Of a DNA stretch of 64,000 nucleotides, positions 45,201-61,245 are shown in pieces (positions within the stretch are counted from its first letter, which is position 1; every line of letters starts with the position of its first letter). The notes under the pieces are model-generated. The model saw only the letters and a program-made list of their open reading frames with translations. It had not been told where the DNA came from and did no database searches. Source of the DNA: Ramazzottius varieornatus (Eukaryota; Animalia; Tardigrada); the NCBI GenBank assembly GCA_001949185.1, contig BDGG01000002.1:6500448-6564447 (forward strand), in the 5' to 3' direction. A program made the translations under genes and the position numbers.

Positions 45201-47675
45201 GAAAAGTTCCTCAAAGCTGAAAGCTCAGCTGTGCCGATCAGCACAGGACTCAAGACTTGCATGTGGCCTTATCGCCCACACACAGTGAAGAGGCCCCATG
45301 ATCAATAATCATAATTATTGGCCCAGTATACGCAATCGCAGCCAAGCACTTGCCACCGTAAATCATGGTAATCTCTGGCTAAATTCAGGAAATCAAGCAA
45401 TGAAAGTACTCTGTTTGTCTTTTGATTGTATCGGACACAATAGTCGATGCTCCCGTAAATGACCACGCTAATTTGCCACGCCTGGAATCGCACACAGAAC
45501 TATTCAGCAAATAATTTCGTTCAAAAATGATATAACGAAGAAGCGCATATTCAACCTGCTCGAAAACACAAACAATTCCGCAGACGGAAAGGGTGGGATT
45601 GTGGAAAGGTCAACTAGCTGAACTGCGAGTATCCACGGGATTATGGTAACTTAAGTTTTATCCAGCCCAGCTGCGATGAACTCTCCACTTCAAGTGCTGT
45701 AACAGAAGGTCCCGTATGCGGCGACAGAGATGCGTAATGTTTTCCTTTAGCATTTGGCGGATGGATAGCGAAATGGGGACGTGCATGTGAGCAAATCACG
45801 AGGATGCATTCTGGAGTGGCTTCTGTTGAAGTGTACTTAAAAGTTAAAACTCAGATCACATCGCTGGCGCCCGCGGGGCTAAAAAACTTCTCATTTGCAG
45901 ATTGCCATCTCAACCCCTCTGACCCTAACAGGCCTCGTTAGAGACATTTCCCGCGCGTCTTTGACTGCTAGCAAATATTGGTTTACGCACACGGGTCTTC
46001 GGTTGAGGTTTTTTTTCTCCTGACGTCGCTCCCTTCGCCCGCAGTTTGAGCTCAATCCCCGTTCGAGGACTTTCCCGCTTCGGCGCTTATGCATGACAGC
46101 TAGACGGAAACCCTGTTACTCCAATGCCTTCGAGCTGTTGCTCCAATTAAATCTAGTGTTTACTTTACCATCCATGAGGTCGCTGCCAGCACTCTACCGT
46201 CGATATATTTATAACTCCAAGCTTGGTTTCCTGTCCTTTCAGTTTTTAATCGAGTCTTCATATATGACTTTTTTCCCTCCGAAAATATTATCCTCAAACT
46301 TCCGGGTCTACTAAGGACATAAATGAAATAACGAGAGGGTTGTTCTTCGTTGTTCATAGTCCCGTAAATGTCGACAGCTTCACATCTTTTCACTCGACAC
46401 CTCAAGTATGCTGAATGGTCAGCTCTTTGGTGGTTGGCGAGCTAAGGTTCGCAGTAACGTCGGTAGAAGTTGGTAAGTAGAGTGTCCGATTCTGCAGGAA
46501 TGTATAAAATGGTAAAGTTTTTGTGTGGTTTGGTGTTGAAACGTGTGTGGCTCTCTGGAAATTATAATCGGACGATAAAGCTCCTGGGAAAGCTCAGCAA
46601 AAGCCCAACGTTTGCAATCTTTTTGTCGGCTTACAGTAATCATCTTTATGTGTATAAATCCCACTCCCGTTTGGATACTTTTCGCAGTGAAGTGTTTGAC
46701 TAATATAATCTCGAAGTCAGCATCCGCCCAGATGGCTTTACGACATCTCAGATTTCATTCTTTCCATCCCTTCACCCCGCACACTTTCGCGGGCTTCGCT
46801 GCTTACTTCACCGAGTCCCAGAGACCTCGACCATCTATGTCGGTGACTTATTTCCGTAATTTTTACGCGCACAGCGGTAAAGCCTGATCAGACTGTGGAA
46901 TGGAGCTTCAAAAGAAGGTTAAGCAGGCTTTATAGAAGGTGGAGAGATCTGTCACCGTAGCTAAGGAAGGAATTTCTTTGTCATGATTAGACTGGAAAAA
47001 AAGTCTGCTGACATCGTGGGATACATGTGGTTGGGACGAAAAAGGGACTCTGCGGACAGCGTGTCACAGTTGCGTGTGTTGGCGGGAAAGGTACTGTCAG
47101 ACCTTCTTTGAGACTTGCGTCAAAGAAGGCTCTTGACATCGACGATGGCGGAAACCCGCTCGTGGAGGTTCAGCTCAGTCGTGTACCAAGGCGTATTCTG
47201 AGCACCTTATACTATAGGAACTTGAAGATAATTCGGTTGAAATATCGCACGTTGAAATATCGCACGACTCAGGCAGTGTAGCTTGTGCTGTGAGGAACGT
47301 CAATATGAAATACTCCAGCCCTCCAGCGCGAACGCGTGGAATCGTAGCAAGCTACGACTGCAGCTGTATATGCCAAATAACAATCGATATGTTCTTTCAA
47401 TCAGGAAAATTGATGTAAGGCACTTCTTTTGTAAAATCCGATATGTAATATTCTTACTGGCTACGCATGACTGCTTCCTGCTTTGACACCCGATCCTACT
47501 TCCATTTGCAATACGTTGGAGGGAAGCTGATCGGAATACCCGACTACCTCGCCGTTCACAAAATCAGGCTCACAATCTCACATGACTCGTAACCACCCTG
47601 AATATTTTCTTCACGTAAATGTGATCATGTGAACAACGTGCACATCTTGCCTAGCTGAAACAATCCACGCCAAAT

Positions 47676-47800
47676 TGATACGTGGTCAAATGGTCTAAAC
47701 GCAGTCGTTTTCCCAACTTGCGCAAACTTCCAGTCTGTAACAATACAAACGTGCGTCAACTGGCATGGCGATAAGGCTCAGTTCATATGCTCATATCCCA
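47676..47800. repeat. Palindromic element family copy F (upstream of the mGluR CDS)
   Basis: gtcgttttcccaacttgcgca...taacaatacaaacgtgcgtcaactgg. Confidence 0.6.
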
Positions 47801-48691
47801 ATTATTTTTGAGTTTCGGGGCTGAATAGGAATGCGCTTTGATGTACCAAGTATAAACGAAGAACCTAACTTATGACCTTCCCCGCTCTAAAGTTTTCTGG
47901 ATGTGAATTTGAGAAAGAACATAAGATACTTACGATGTAATGGCTCATCACTACGTAAGCCAGCCAAAACATGATCGGGACTGCGCATGTATCGTACAAG
48001 TATCGAATTGGGCGGACTGAGACCTCAAGGTTTCCGGACCGTCAGGCAAGTCAGTCCAACAGCTCTAGGTATTTTTTACTTTCAGTCTTGCCGGCAAGTT
48101 CAGACTGGCAGAAAGTTTGAGTAATTTCCTTTACAACTGTTTTGATGAGGACTCTGGGAAGTTGCTTTCTTTCCGCACGAGCTGTTGCCGGCTTCTTTCC
48201 TCTCAGGCTGGTTCCTCCAAGAAGCATATAACGTACCGTCTTTGCAATCATGGGCGCGGTCACCATGCATCGAACAGCACAGGGTTCGCATTTTTACGCA
48301 ACTGCTTTCACTGGATCCTGCTGTAATGGTGGTGTTGTCATCGTGTCTTCGAAAGTCCATCTAAATGAAGATTTGTTGATGCCACTAAACTTGCGCACTG
48401 ATGCGTGATATCCTTCCCAGTGGTATTGACTGGTCGCTTTTTCAACGAGGACACATCCTTCCACTTTCTCGCATGGCGTACCCTAATTGTCTTTTTTCCC
48501 TCTAGTTTCTCATCTATCCGCTATGCTGTCTTCTGAAGGATCCGACGGGCTGTGCGTTATCAAGAAATACTTTTCCTGCGTTCTTCATCGACCCGCGACC
48601 CGAATGACCTGCCGCATATAGTGAATGACCAAACTGCCTGACCGAGACTCGTCGATCTCGAAGCCGAATGATCCACCGCATAAAGTGATGA

Positions 48692-52569
<3,878 letters not shown>

Positions 52570-53159
52570 CGTCACACGGAGTTGGTCTCTGACCGTCAAT
52601 GATCTCTCTGGAATAAGTTTGAAAGTTAGAGACTTTTGGCTTCGATTTATGCTCAATGTGGAATGCGATATTAAAGTAAAGCTGTGTGGTAAGATGTCCG
52701 GGGCGGAAGACGTCAGATAATAGTTCCGGTGATCGTGACTTTTCTGACTGGTCGTTTGATGTTGTGATCAAGCGCTGACAGACCATGTGAGTACAAACAA
52801 CGTGGACAATAAATGGCGGACTTCCCGAGACAAATCATTGACTACTGCAGTAACGTTAACACCTGCTACCATTTGTTCGGATCCTGATGACTGCTGCGAT
52901 TAATACTGTCTCCGGACTGCAGATCTAGCAGTTTTCTAATCCAAAGACATGTAGACCGAACAAGGATACAATTCATTACGACGCTTGCTGCGACGAGCTA
53001 AGGCCAGGAAGTTGCCTTATAAACCCCTGTTTTTCCCCTTTACTGTTGGCCGAAATATATACTGTATGTAAAGTAAGGTTCCCATTACACCCCCAGCGTC
53101 ATCCGATTTTGCCATTTTCCGTAATTGTCCCAATATAGTATTCATACTGTCAAGGAACG

Positions 53160-53804
53160 ATGGATAAAGTGTATTTTGATTCAATCTGCGTAGTAACGCT
53201 GATGTTGGTCGTGACAGTAAGTGCCGTGATCGCTCAGCATGCCGAACATTCGGCCACGCCATCGTCCTTCCGCCAAGGACAAGCCCAACAAGGCGAGCAC
53301 AATAGGGGCAGCTCCAATGGGTGGATGAGAAACTCAAACGGATACAGCAGCGGGGCGTATGCTAGCTCCTCCTCATCTGGACAAGGAAGTCGCGGAATAT
53401 CGGGGCATGAAGGAGGTACTGTGAGGATATCGCACGAAGCTCTTGGATTCAGCAGAGGTGCGCGAACGAACAGCCAGAGTGGCCATTCATCCAGCAACGA
53501 AGGCCTCGGACAGGAATTGCGGAGCAATGTTAATCTGCATGGATTTGGCGAAACCAATACAGAAGATACGGACAACACCGAGGGGGATAACCAGCAAGAG
53601 ACGGGAGAGCATTCGGATTTTGATCCAACCGCAAGTCTTTGGAAGTCCCTGGGAGATTCCTTCGCAGCTTTGGGGTACATGGCCAGCAGCAAATCTAATG
53701 GAGGTGGTTCGGTAATGCGTCAAGCTGCCTCTTTGATAGCACCTTTGTTTTCTAACTTGGCGCAACTACTCCAGATGCAAGGTAACCCTTCGCGTTCTGA
53801 ATGA
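53160..53804 (+). CDS. Orphan secreted Gly/Ser-rich protein (214 aa); may instead splice 53781>53867 to end MQGAEV* at 53880
   Basis: Long ORF with a signal-peptide-like N-terminus (ICVVTLMLVVTVSAVIA), low-complexity G/S/N/E/H middle and amphipathic C-terminal segments. No recognised domain. Confidence 0.6.
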   Translation: MDKVYFDSICVVTLMLVVTVSAVIAQHAEHSATPSSFRQGQAQQGEHNRGSSNGWMRNSNGYSSGAYASSSSSGQGSRGISGHEGGTVRISHEALGFSRGARTNSQSGHSSSNEGLGQELRSNVNLHGFGETNTEDTDNTEGDNQQETGEHSDFDPTASLWKSLGDSFAALGYMASSKSNGGGSVMRQAASLIAPLFSNLAQLLQMQGNPSRSE

Positions 53805-55274
53805 GCTTTCGATTGTCCTTTATCAGACGGAACAAACTTCTATCGACTGACTTTGTGAATTATCAGGGGCGGAAGTATGACTCGTCCCCTTGGCCTCTGC
53901 CGAAGTCAAAATTTTTTCCGACGCCATACCACAATCTTTTTTATCAACTTATGCACTTATACTAGCACGGAACTCCCGAGATTTTTTGGGAGACATTTCG
54001 TTCCATTGCTGCAAGAGCCTGGGAGAAGAGGGACAATAATCCCGTAACGTTACTTTTCAAACCCACTTCCGAGAGAATTTCTCTGTCTCGCTGGAGAAGG
54101 TCCAATGTCTTGAGCAGGTGATAATCTGCTAGCAGGAGAATCCTACTATAAAAAGCCTGAATGGGAAATTTCAGTTCTTGTTCCGGCACTTTTGCGGAAG
54201 TGTTTTGTTCAGAGTGCACTCCGGAGCAGCTTGCAACAGTAGTGAGCCCACTCCGTGAATTAATTTCGTTTGTCCAACGGGAAAGTTTCCACAAATAATG
54301 TCTGTTCCAAAGGGGACTTGAATAACGTTATCGCATTGCTGGATGAAAGAGATTCATAGCGGTCAGGCGTGGCAGGTGGCCATCAAAATGTAATCATGGT
54401 TCTCTTTCAGTGCCGACCACGATTCGAACTTTTCTGTCGTGGTTTGCCTCTGGCAAAACATAACATTTTTCGCTTATAAATCTGCTATAAAGTGCCGGTG
54501 TTGTCACGGATAGCAATGCGGTCTGCTATCAGTTCGTTCTTGTTTGCAATCCGGAAAGGAAAAAAAGGCAAAACGCTGCGTTATTTTCGGGGTGCGCGAA
54601 GTAAGTGGGGTACCAAAGTCTCTTGTTTCTTTTCGCCCTTCTCGTCTTATTTAAATTCACTATGAGACTTTAGGGAGGCTCAACTCTGTCCTGTAAGAAT
54701 TACACACTAGTTTGGGGAGAATCGGGTGTGACATGATCGGTCAGTACATTTTCGTTCGCTTTCAATTTCAGTCTTCCGTAAGGGTAACTTTAGAATGAAA
54801 AATCCCCAGAACGAAACCGATCAACCCGATCCCCCACGGTATGATTGTTAGGTGTTTCATCATCAAACACGGATCTGATTTTATCGGCGGTGCAAGATGC
54901 GTTCGTGCCTCGATAAAATTCAAACACCGAAATCCTTGAAATTTCACTTATGCATGACTCCGTCGAAAAAAATCCTGATTTACTTCGGAGCTCAGAAACC
55001 TGCGTCAATGGAGTGTCAAACAAGGGACGGGAGTTGGTAGACTGAGAGGAGAAAATGTTTGGAACGAAAGGACGAGGGGGAGCAGTTTTAAGGGGGACAA
55101 GTCATACTTCCGCACCTGATATACAACAGAACCTTACCAAAAATTGTACAATAACTTTACAACTGTTTTACAATACACGAAACAATCCATCACAAATACT
55201 GGCGTACGAGAAGAAATACTGGCAACAGTTTCTCACGGGAATCAAGCCCTGGTTTTTAGGTCCGGACATGTTCA

Positions 55275-58200
55275 TCAAGAGAGCGCAGTAAGGCTACGGG
55301 GTTTCTGTCGTATTATCAAAAACGCAAGTGCAGCTAGTAAGAGAAGCCCTAGGTCCAAAAGTCCGATCGCCACGAAAACTCTCCATATTTCCTGCGGTAG
55401 GTCGGTTCGCGAACTGGACATGGCCATGAAGCTCAGGGCATCATGCCCGCTTTCCAGTCCGCAGTTAGGGCTACAAGGTGAAAATTCTGAGTATGGAGTC
55501 ATAGAATCGAATAAGCCCACTTTAAACAAGAGTTTCGGTACCCGGAAGTGGGAACTCACCTTGTCAATATCGGTAAGCCGCCCACTTGAACCGGTATCTT
55601 CTGGCAGTCCAGCCTGTCGATGACTTCGAACTCGTTTCTTGTCAGCAGCCGGAAGGCCCATTGCGTCGGGGATATCCATTCGAACCAGCTGAAAACCTTC
55701 CACAAATGCGCCAAGTGAACTGGGTAGCCGCATGTTAGGGCCGACAGGACAGCAAAGATCGTTAACACGATGAACACAGCTATCGGCGATCTGCAGACAT
55801 ACACGAGGAAGCTGGCCAAAGACCGGCAAGCCAGAACGTGCAAGAACGTTATCCCTATATACATCCCGAACGACCGAAAGTCGTCATCTTGACGTAAGCG
55901 TGTCATGAAGTATACGGGTATCACGTAGGCAGCTGTCGAGATAGCAGCTAACGGTACTGAGTATATTGCCTACAAATAATAAAAATATCCCACCAATGGA
56001 AACACGAAAATCACGTCAAGTGTGAGAGAAGAATGTCCATACCTTTGATATCAGGTACGCCCCCTTTCGGTAGGTTTGGTCCGACAGATCTTTGTGGAGC
56101 CACCGTTTGGACTGCATTTCTGCAAAAATAGAGGTCGAAAATTTTACTAGCTGCCTGAAGTACAGATGCGAAGCTATCTTTTTACCTCGGTAGATGATGT
56201 GGATGATCACCGGCCATATCCCGATGGTGAGAATGACGTAGAAGAGTCCAAATCGGTCGTCTGCGGCAGCTTGGTTCCGGTTCAAACCAAAGTAAATTAT
56301 TCCGATCGTCACAGACATGGCCACAGCTTGGACAATTTGGTGTAGTGCGTCAATCAAGTTGTAGGGGAACATGAATATTAAAGCTCTGATCCATATCACA
56401 ATGACCTGCCAGAACGTGCCGGCACGCCATATCTTTGGTGGAAGGGTTCCCGGTTGCGACAGTTCCGACAGGACAGGCTGTCGTTCCGCAAAAACAGACG
56501 TCAGGTACTCTATCCTCTGCAGAGATTCTTGATGCGCTTCCGTGGTCGTCATATCAATTGAGACGAGATCCACTGGAGAAAAAGATCGTGATGTTTATCG
56601 TTTACAGCTTTCGTGGATATTTCGGAAGTTGTCAAATGAAGTCACGCACATCGTTATCTCATGTGACGCACGTTTTTGTTGTTATTGGCTGGGAATGTGC
56701 GCTACTTGGCAAAACGATCTGCGCGAACCACACAAGTTGCCGACGTCCATTTTGTCATGTGCAAAAATTCGGCATGGCTTACGGTAATAGTCGGCTGGGT
56801 TCTTTTGAACCGGACAAGGGTAATCGAGCGACTCGAAGTATGGAATGATGTCTCTAGTCCGTCCTGAGAAGATGGTTCTTCCGTTGGAAAGAAGAATTAC
56901 TAGAGTAAAAGACCGGTATGAAGACCATAAATTTTCGTCGTTGATTGGGTCAGGTTGATTTAATTGTCTCTTGAATAAAGAAAATAAAGAAAATTAGGTT
57001 GTGACTATGCATTTGAGCGTACCTCTCGTGAGCATCTCAAGTATTTCACAGGTGGGCGGCTGAATGCTTATGAGAACGATGCGTCCTCGCAACGCCCATT
57101 GGCGTAGGTATTCCATTAGGAAAAATGTGTCAAAGATATCCATATTTTGGGTTGGTTGCTCTAGCAGAACGAGATCTAAAATAGAGAGATCCAAGTAGCA
57201 TCACGCACTTTCTGTGACGTATTCATGATGGATGATCATTTCATGAGTTCCGGTCATCTATCAAGCAGCTGCTGTAGACCTACCAGGATCAACAACAAGC
57301 TGGCATGCAATGTTGAGTCGCTGCTTCTCCGAGCGTGTAAGTTCACCGACTCTGGTAGCCGCCACATTCGAAAGACCCAAGTCACTGATCAAGGCGTCGA
57401 TCTGAACAATGAGAAACATAAAACATAATTATTCTGTAATATTTGGGGAGCCGGTAAGTGGAGCGTACAAGATCGTTGTCTTAAGTGACGCACGCTACTG
57501 GTCAATAACAATGGAAACGTGCGCCAATTGAGACAACGTTTCTGTACGCTTCGATTGCCGGCCTCCTGTTTTTGCGTTCGAAATCTCGTTACGAGTAGGT
57601 TTTCTGTTAGTCCAGTGGTACTTACTCTTCCTGTAGTATCGGTTTTTCGGACCGTTTCTCCAGGTTCGCACAGATGGCTTTGAAACAGCATCGTTTGCTT
57701 CAGAGACATGTCAGGGTTGAAGTCCAAGTTCGCTGCTGCGAAAACTGCTCGGTCCTTTAGCATACTCGGATCAACCTGCGACAGACAAAGAGCCGATATT
57801 GAAAATCAAAATGGCGAAGATATACATAGGGGGGTTCAACAAGTTTTAAGCTGCGTTCACCCGCAATTCTATGGTCGTTCGATCTCTGCAACGTTTTGCA
57901 CAGGGTTAGAGCAACTTATGGGCAATACTGCAAAATTAGAGCCTAGACTGAGAAGTCATTAGTTGAAACATTTTTCTAAGGTATAACATTTTTCTAAGGT
58001 ATAAGAAGTCATTAGTTGAAACATTTTTCTAAGGTTTTCTAAGGTTTTTTTAGGACTCCAGATTCCTGACGAAATTATGCAGTTTCATTCCCATTGTACG
58101 TCAGAGTTTCGCTCCAGCACCGGTTGAAAGAGGCATCTCTGGTGCCTAGTTTGGGCAGAAGGAAGTCAAGCCGGACCGCTGTCAAGACTCGAGAAAAAAA

Positions 58201-61200
58201 GTTATACTTCGTACAAAGCAAAAGTGCGCAAGTGGAACGGGGTGAATTCATCTGGCGCGCTACCGGATTACCAGCCGGATTTTGATAATTTTTCTGTTTT
58301 CCCCACTGCGGTTCTATTTCTGATGAGAGTTAGCTTTCACTCTGTACTTCCTTCAAACTCTAGTTTGCTATTTGTCAAAGCGCTAGAAGATCATCTATCC
58401 CAGCTATTCGGAAAACAACATTTCCACCATTGGCGCGGATGGCGAGAGAATTACAAAATCCGCGAGTGTACGAAGAAAATCGGGAAAAAAATTTTGCATC
58501 TTTTCTACAAGTTATTTCTACTTTTGTGCAAGTGCCAGTTAAAAATGTTTAGAGGATATTGATTATAAGAGATGGTCTATCTCTCAAAAGCGTGCTCTGG
58601 AAAACAGCACTGTCAGGTGGTCTGTGCTTTAAAACTTATTTAAACCTCTTATGTATAAGTTAGATGGTGTGGTGGTAAAATTGAACAGCGCAGTGCTTAC
58701 GTTTACGCCATTGTACGTGATTGCACCCTTCAGCGACCTTCCCCATTTTCCACGTCTGTTAATTAAGGCTTTCAACAGGTCACCGCCCTGGTCGTCGGAA
58801 GTGGCCATGATTCCCACCAAATCACCGGCGTAGGCTTCGAAGGTTACCGCACTAAAACTGTAGTCGTAACTTTTGGCCTTTTCTTTGGTCGTCAAACTGC
58901 AAACACAAAACACATCCATCGGCGAATACAATACATGATAAAAGAGCTCGACAGTCCAACTCATCACGATCGTTTTCTCAACTGGCGCACGGTAGTAGCC
59001 AATATCACTGTAAACGTGCGCCACTTGGGAAAATTATCTCGTTACCATTCGACGGCAGAAGTCTTACCTAAAGCTGCGAACTTGCAGACTTGGGTAGGAA
59101 TTTCGAGAAGAATCGGTATTGTTGAAACCGTTCGTCAGAATGTTGGCGTCATGCCTAAAGCGTCCAGTGGAATATTTTCCGTCGGCGAGAGGAAGGGGAG
59201 GAAGTGTGACGTAGGGTCCTCCATTGCGGAGATTGTTGTCCGTCGTGTTGTTCCCTTCGTACGCCATCCCGTCTTGAAAATCTTGTGGCACAGTAATCTA
59301 GTTAGAAAAAATTGTTTTCAGGGTGGCATTACAGTTTAGAATGCTTCAGCGAGATAAGACAGACGCAGTATTGATCGTCTGAGGGCCAAAAAGAAAAACT
59401 GAACTCACCACAGTTTCACTGACAGTGGTCCGTCCGTGACCAGCACGTTGTTTAACTGAATCATCCGTAACCCTGGTGCCGATCACTGTTTCTCGCTGAA
59501 GGTATTCCGGCTGATGTACGGCTTGTACCTGCACGGTCCGCGAATCAAGGTTTTCTTCACCGTCTGCAAGCAATGACAAACCATCAGATACTACTGGCGC
59601 TTAAAATAACAGACTCGTACTGAACGGCTGAATATTTCGCGGCACTAAAACCACCGGCTACAAGAAGTAGCATTCCACTGATGGCTCTAGTGGTTGCTCG
59701 ATATCACATTGCTTCAGGATGATTCTCCAACACCATGATACGTATTCTGAGCGAAAGAAAGCTTTAACATATGCTTTTAACTGCTTCCGTTTCGAGTCTA
59801 TATGCGTGGAGCGACTGTAGGAGGAACCTATATGGCTCTCGAACCGTATCACAGACAAAGTACCTCGCTCAGTTTATTCCGACTCTGTTTTCACCCATCG
59901 TATCACCCATCGCGGAGAATCATCGAGAAGACAATAGATGTAGCAGGAAAGATAACAGGACAAGCAAAAGTATTTAGATATGTCAGTGACGGGCAAAAAT
60001 TCTTGAAAAGCCGGACCATTAGGACCGGAATATAGTTTTCGAAATTAAGAAAGCTTGGTTGGTAAGAGGACATCTAAATATGAATGATGGAGATGTTGTT
60101 TTATTTTTCTTTGTGGTCCTAGGAAATGACGCAGTGTGATTTTTTCTTCTTCTTGCTCGAGACCTTACCTCCATGTCTGTTCCCATGGCCAGCCACGGAC
60201 TGCGCATACTGCGGGTTCCGGCGTCTGTCCGACTCCGATCGATGCCTGTACCCTTGGACACTGTTCACATCGAACGTACTCGAACTACTGATGAAGGACC
60301 GATACGGGTCCACATGCCGAACATCACCTTCACTCGGGAACCTCAGCGGAGGAGCCGTGTCCCTATAGTACTCACCACCGCCACCAGGTCTCGTATCCAC
60401 TCTCACCAATTCGTTGACTGAGAGATGACTTCCGGCCATCCGTCTCGCCCCTCTCACGTCAAGTTCGCTCTTGCTCTTTCTCAGACGAGAATTACGTTCA
60501 AATATCTTACTCTTCTCTGACCGATCGAGTACTGAAGCGGTACTTCGGATACCGGTACGGTGGCCGGTGGACAGCTTACTGTTTGATCCGTAGACCTTCT
60601 GTGTGGGACGGTCTTCAACCAGGTTAAGGTCTCCGTTGGACCTGTGGAGGGGGACGGACACTCGCGGAAGTCCGAATTTGAGGTAGGTCATGGCGTTGGT
60701 GGCATCGAGAAGTTGAGAAGATGAGGCTACGCTTTCGCGTTTGGCACGATTCAGAATGGCATCGACTTGATGAGGTCGTAGAGCGAAGTTTCCGTAAGGC
60801 AGGGCGTTCTTTTTGGGCTGGTCTCCCAACGCACTGGTCGAGAGTTCTGAGTTAATATTCTGCCTGCGAAAGAGAAGACAAAAGACTGAAATAAGAAATT
60901 CCATAAAACTCACCAGCAATGTCCCCACATTGAAATAATAACTTCCTCACGCAACAAGTAGGAGCAAAATGTTCTAAAAGATAGTTACAGTATTTTATAT
61001 TTTATACTTGTTTACTTTTGTATTTTGGTTTGATATCTTGGTTCAATATATTGGTTCAATATTTTGTTTTAGTATACTCGTTAGGAAAAACACCCTGGGA
61101 AAATAATCTATCGTGGGTTAGGCAATAGGCATAAGATGCTAGGCAGTTAGTACCTGTAAATGCTCCATGCATGAAGGTCTTCCGCTCTCGGACGGCCAGA

Positions 61201-61245
61201 CTCGTTGGAAGGAGGCGGAAAGTAGCGGCGGTCATCCGTCTCCAT
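55275..61245 (-). CDS. ABCG half-transporter, ABCG8-like (arthropod CG31121 type), long N-terminal extension and degenerate NBD
   Basis: ATG at 61245 preceded by an in-frame TAA. Exons ~61154-61245, 60169-60863, 59410-59564, 59067-59298, 58700-58896, 57626-57776, 57279-57402, 57022-57176, 56784-56899, 56186-56572, 56043-56118, 55560-55971, 55275-55470. Motifs EDLHAWSIYRQN, PYGNFALR, TYLKFGLPRV, YPCPVQKNPADYY; ABC2 membrane domain (DRFGLFY, WISPTQWAF, NEF). Confidence 0.88.
56624..56748. repeat. Palindromic element family copy H (ABCG intron; loop inverted relative to E, G, I, J)
   Basis: atcgttatctcatgtgacgcacg...gttATTGGCTG...gtgcgctacttggcaaaacgatc...TTGCCGACGTCC. Confidence 0.75.
57446..57566. 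repeat. Palindromic element family copy I (ABCG intron)
   Basis: ~49 bp arms: ggagccggtaagtggagcgtacaagatcgttgtcttaagtgacgcacg / cgtgcgccaattgagacaacgtttctgtacgcttcgattgccggcctcc. Confidence 0.8.
57951..58050. repeat. Nested local tandem duplication
   Basis: agaagtcattagttgaaacatttttctaagg x2, with extra (aaca)tttttctaagg subunits. Confidence 0.85.
58968..59038. repeat. Palindromic element family copy J (71 bp core; ABCG intron)
   Basis: GATCGTTTTCTCAACTGGCGCACG gtagtagccaatatcactgtaaa CGTGCGCCACTTGGGAAAATTATC. Confidence 0.8.

Noticed and set aside
42300-48500. Hidden gene or transposase in the TEX264-mGluR gap (ORFs 43205-43612, 43668-43994)
   Set aside because: No recognisable motifs or coherent exon chain; more likely mGluR regulatory or 5' intron sequence.
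53160-53804. Assignment to CAHS/SAHS/LEA/Dsup stress-protein families
   Set aside because: No family motif that I can recognise; left as an orphan.
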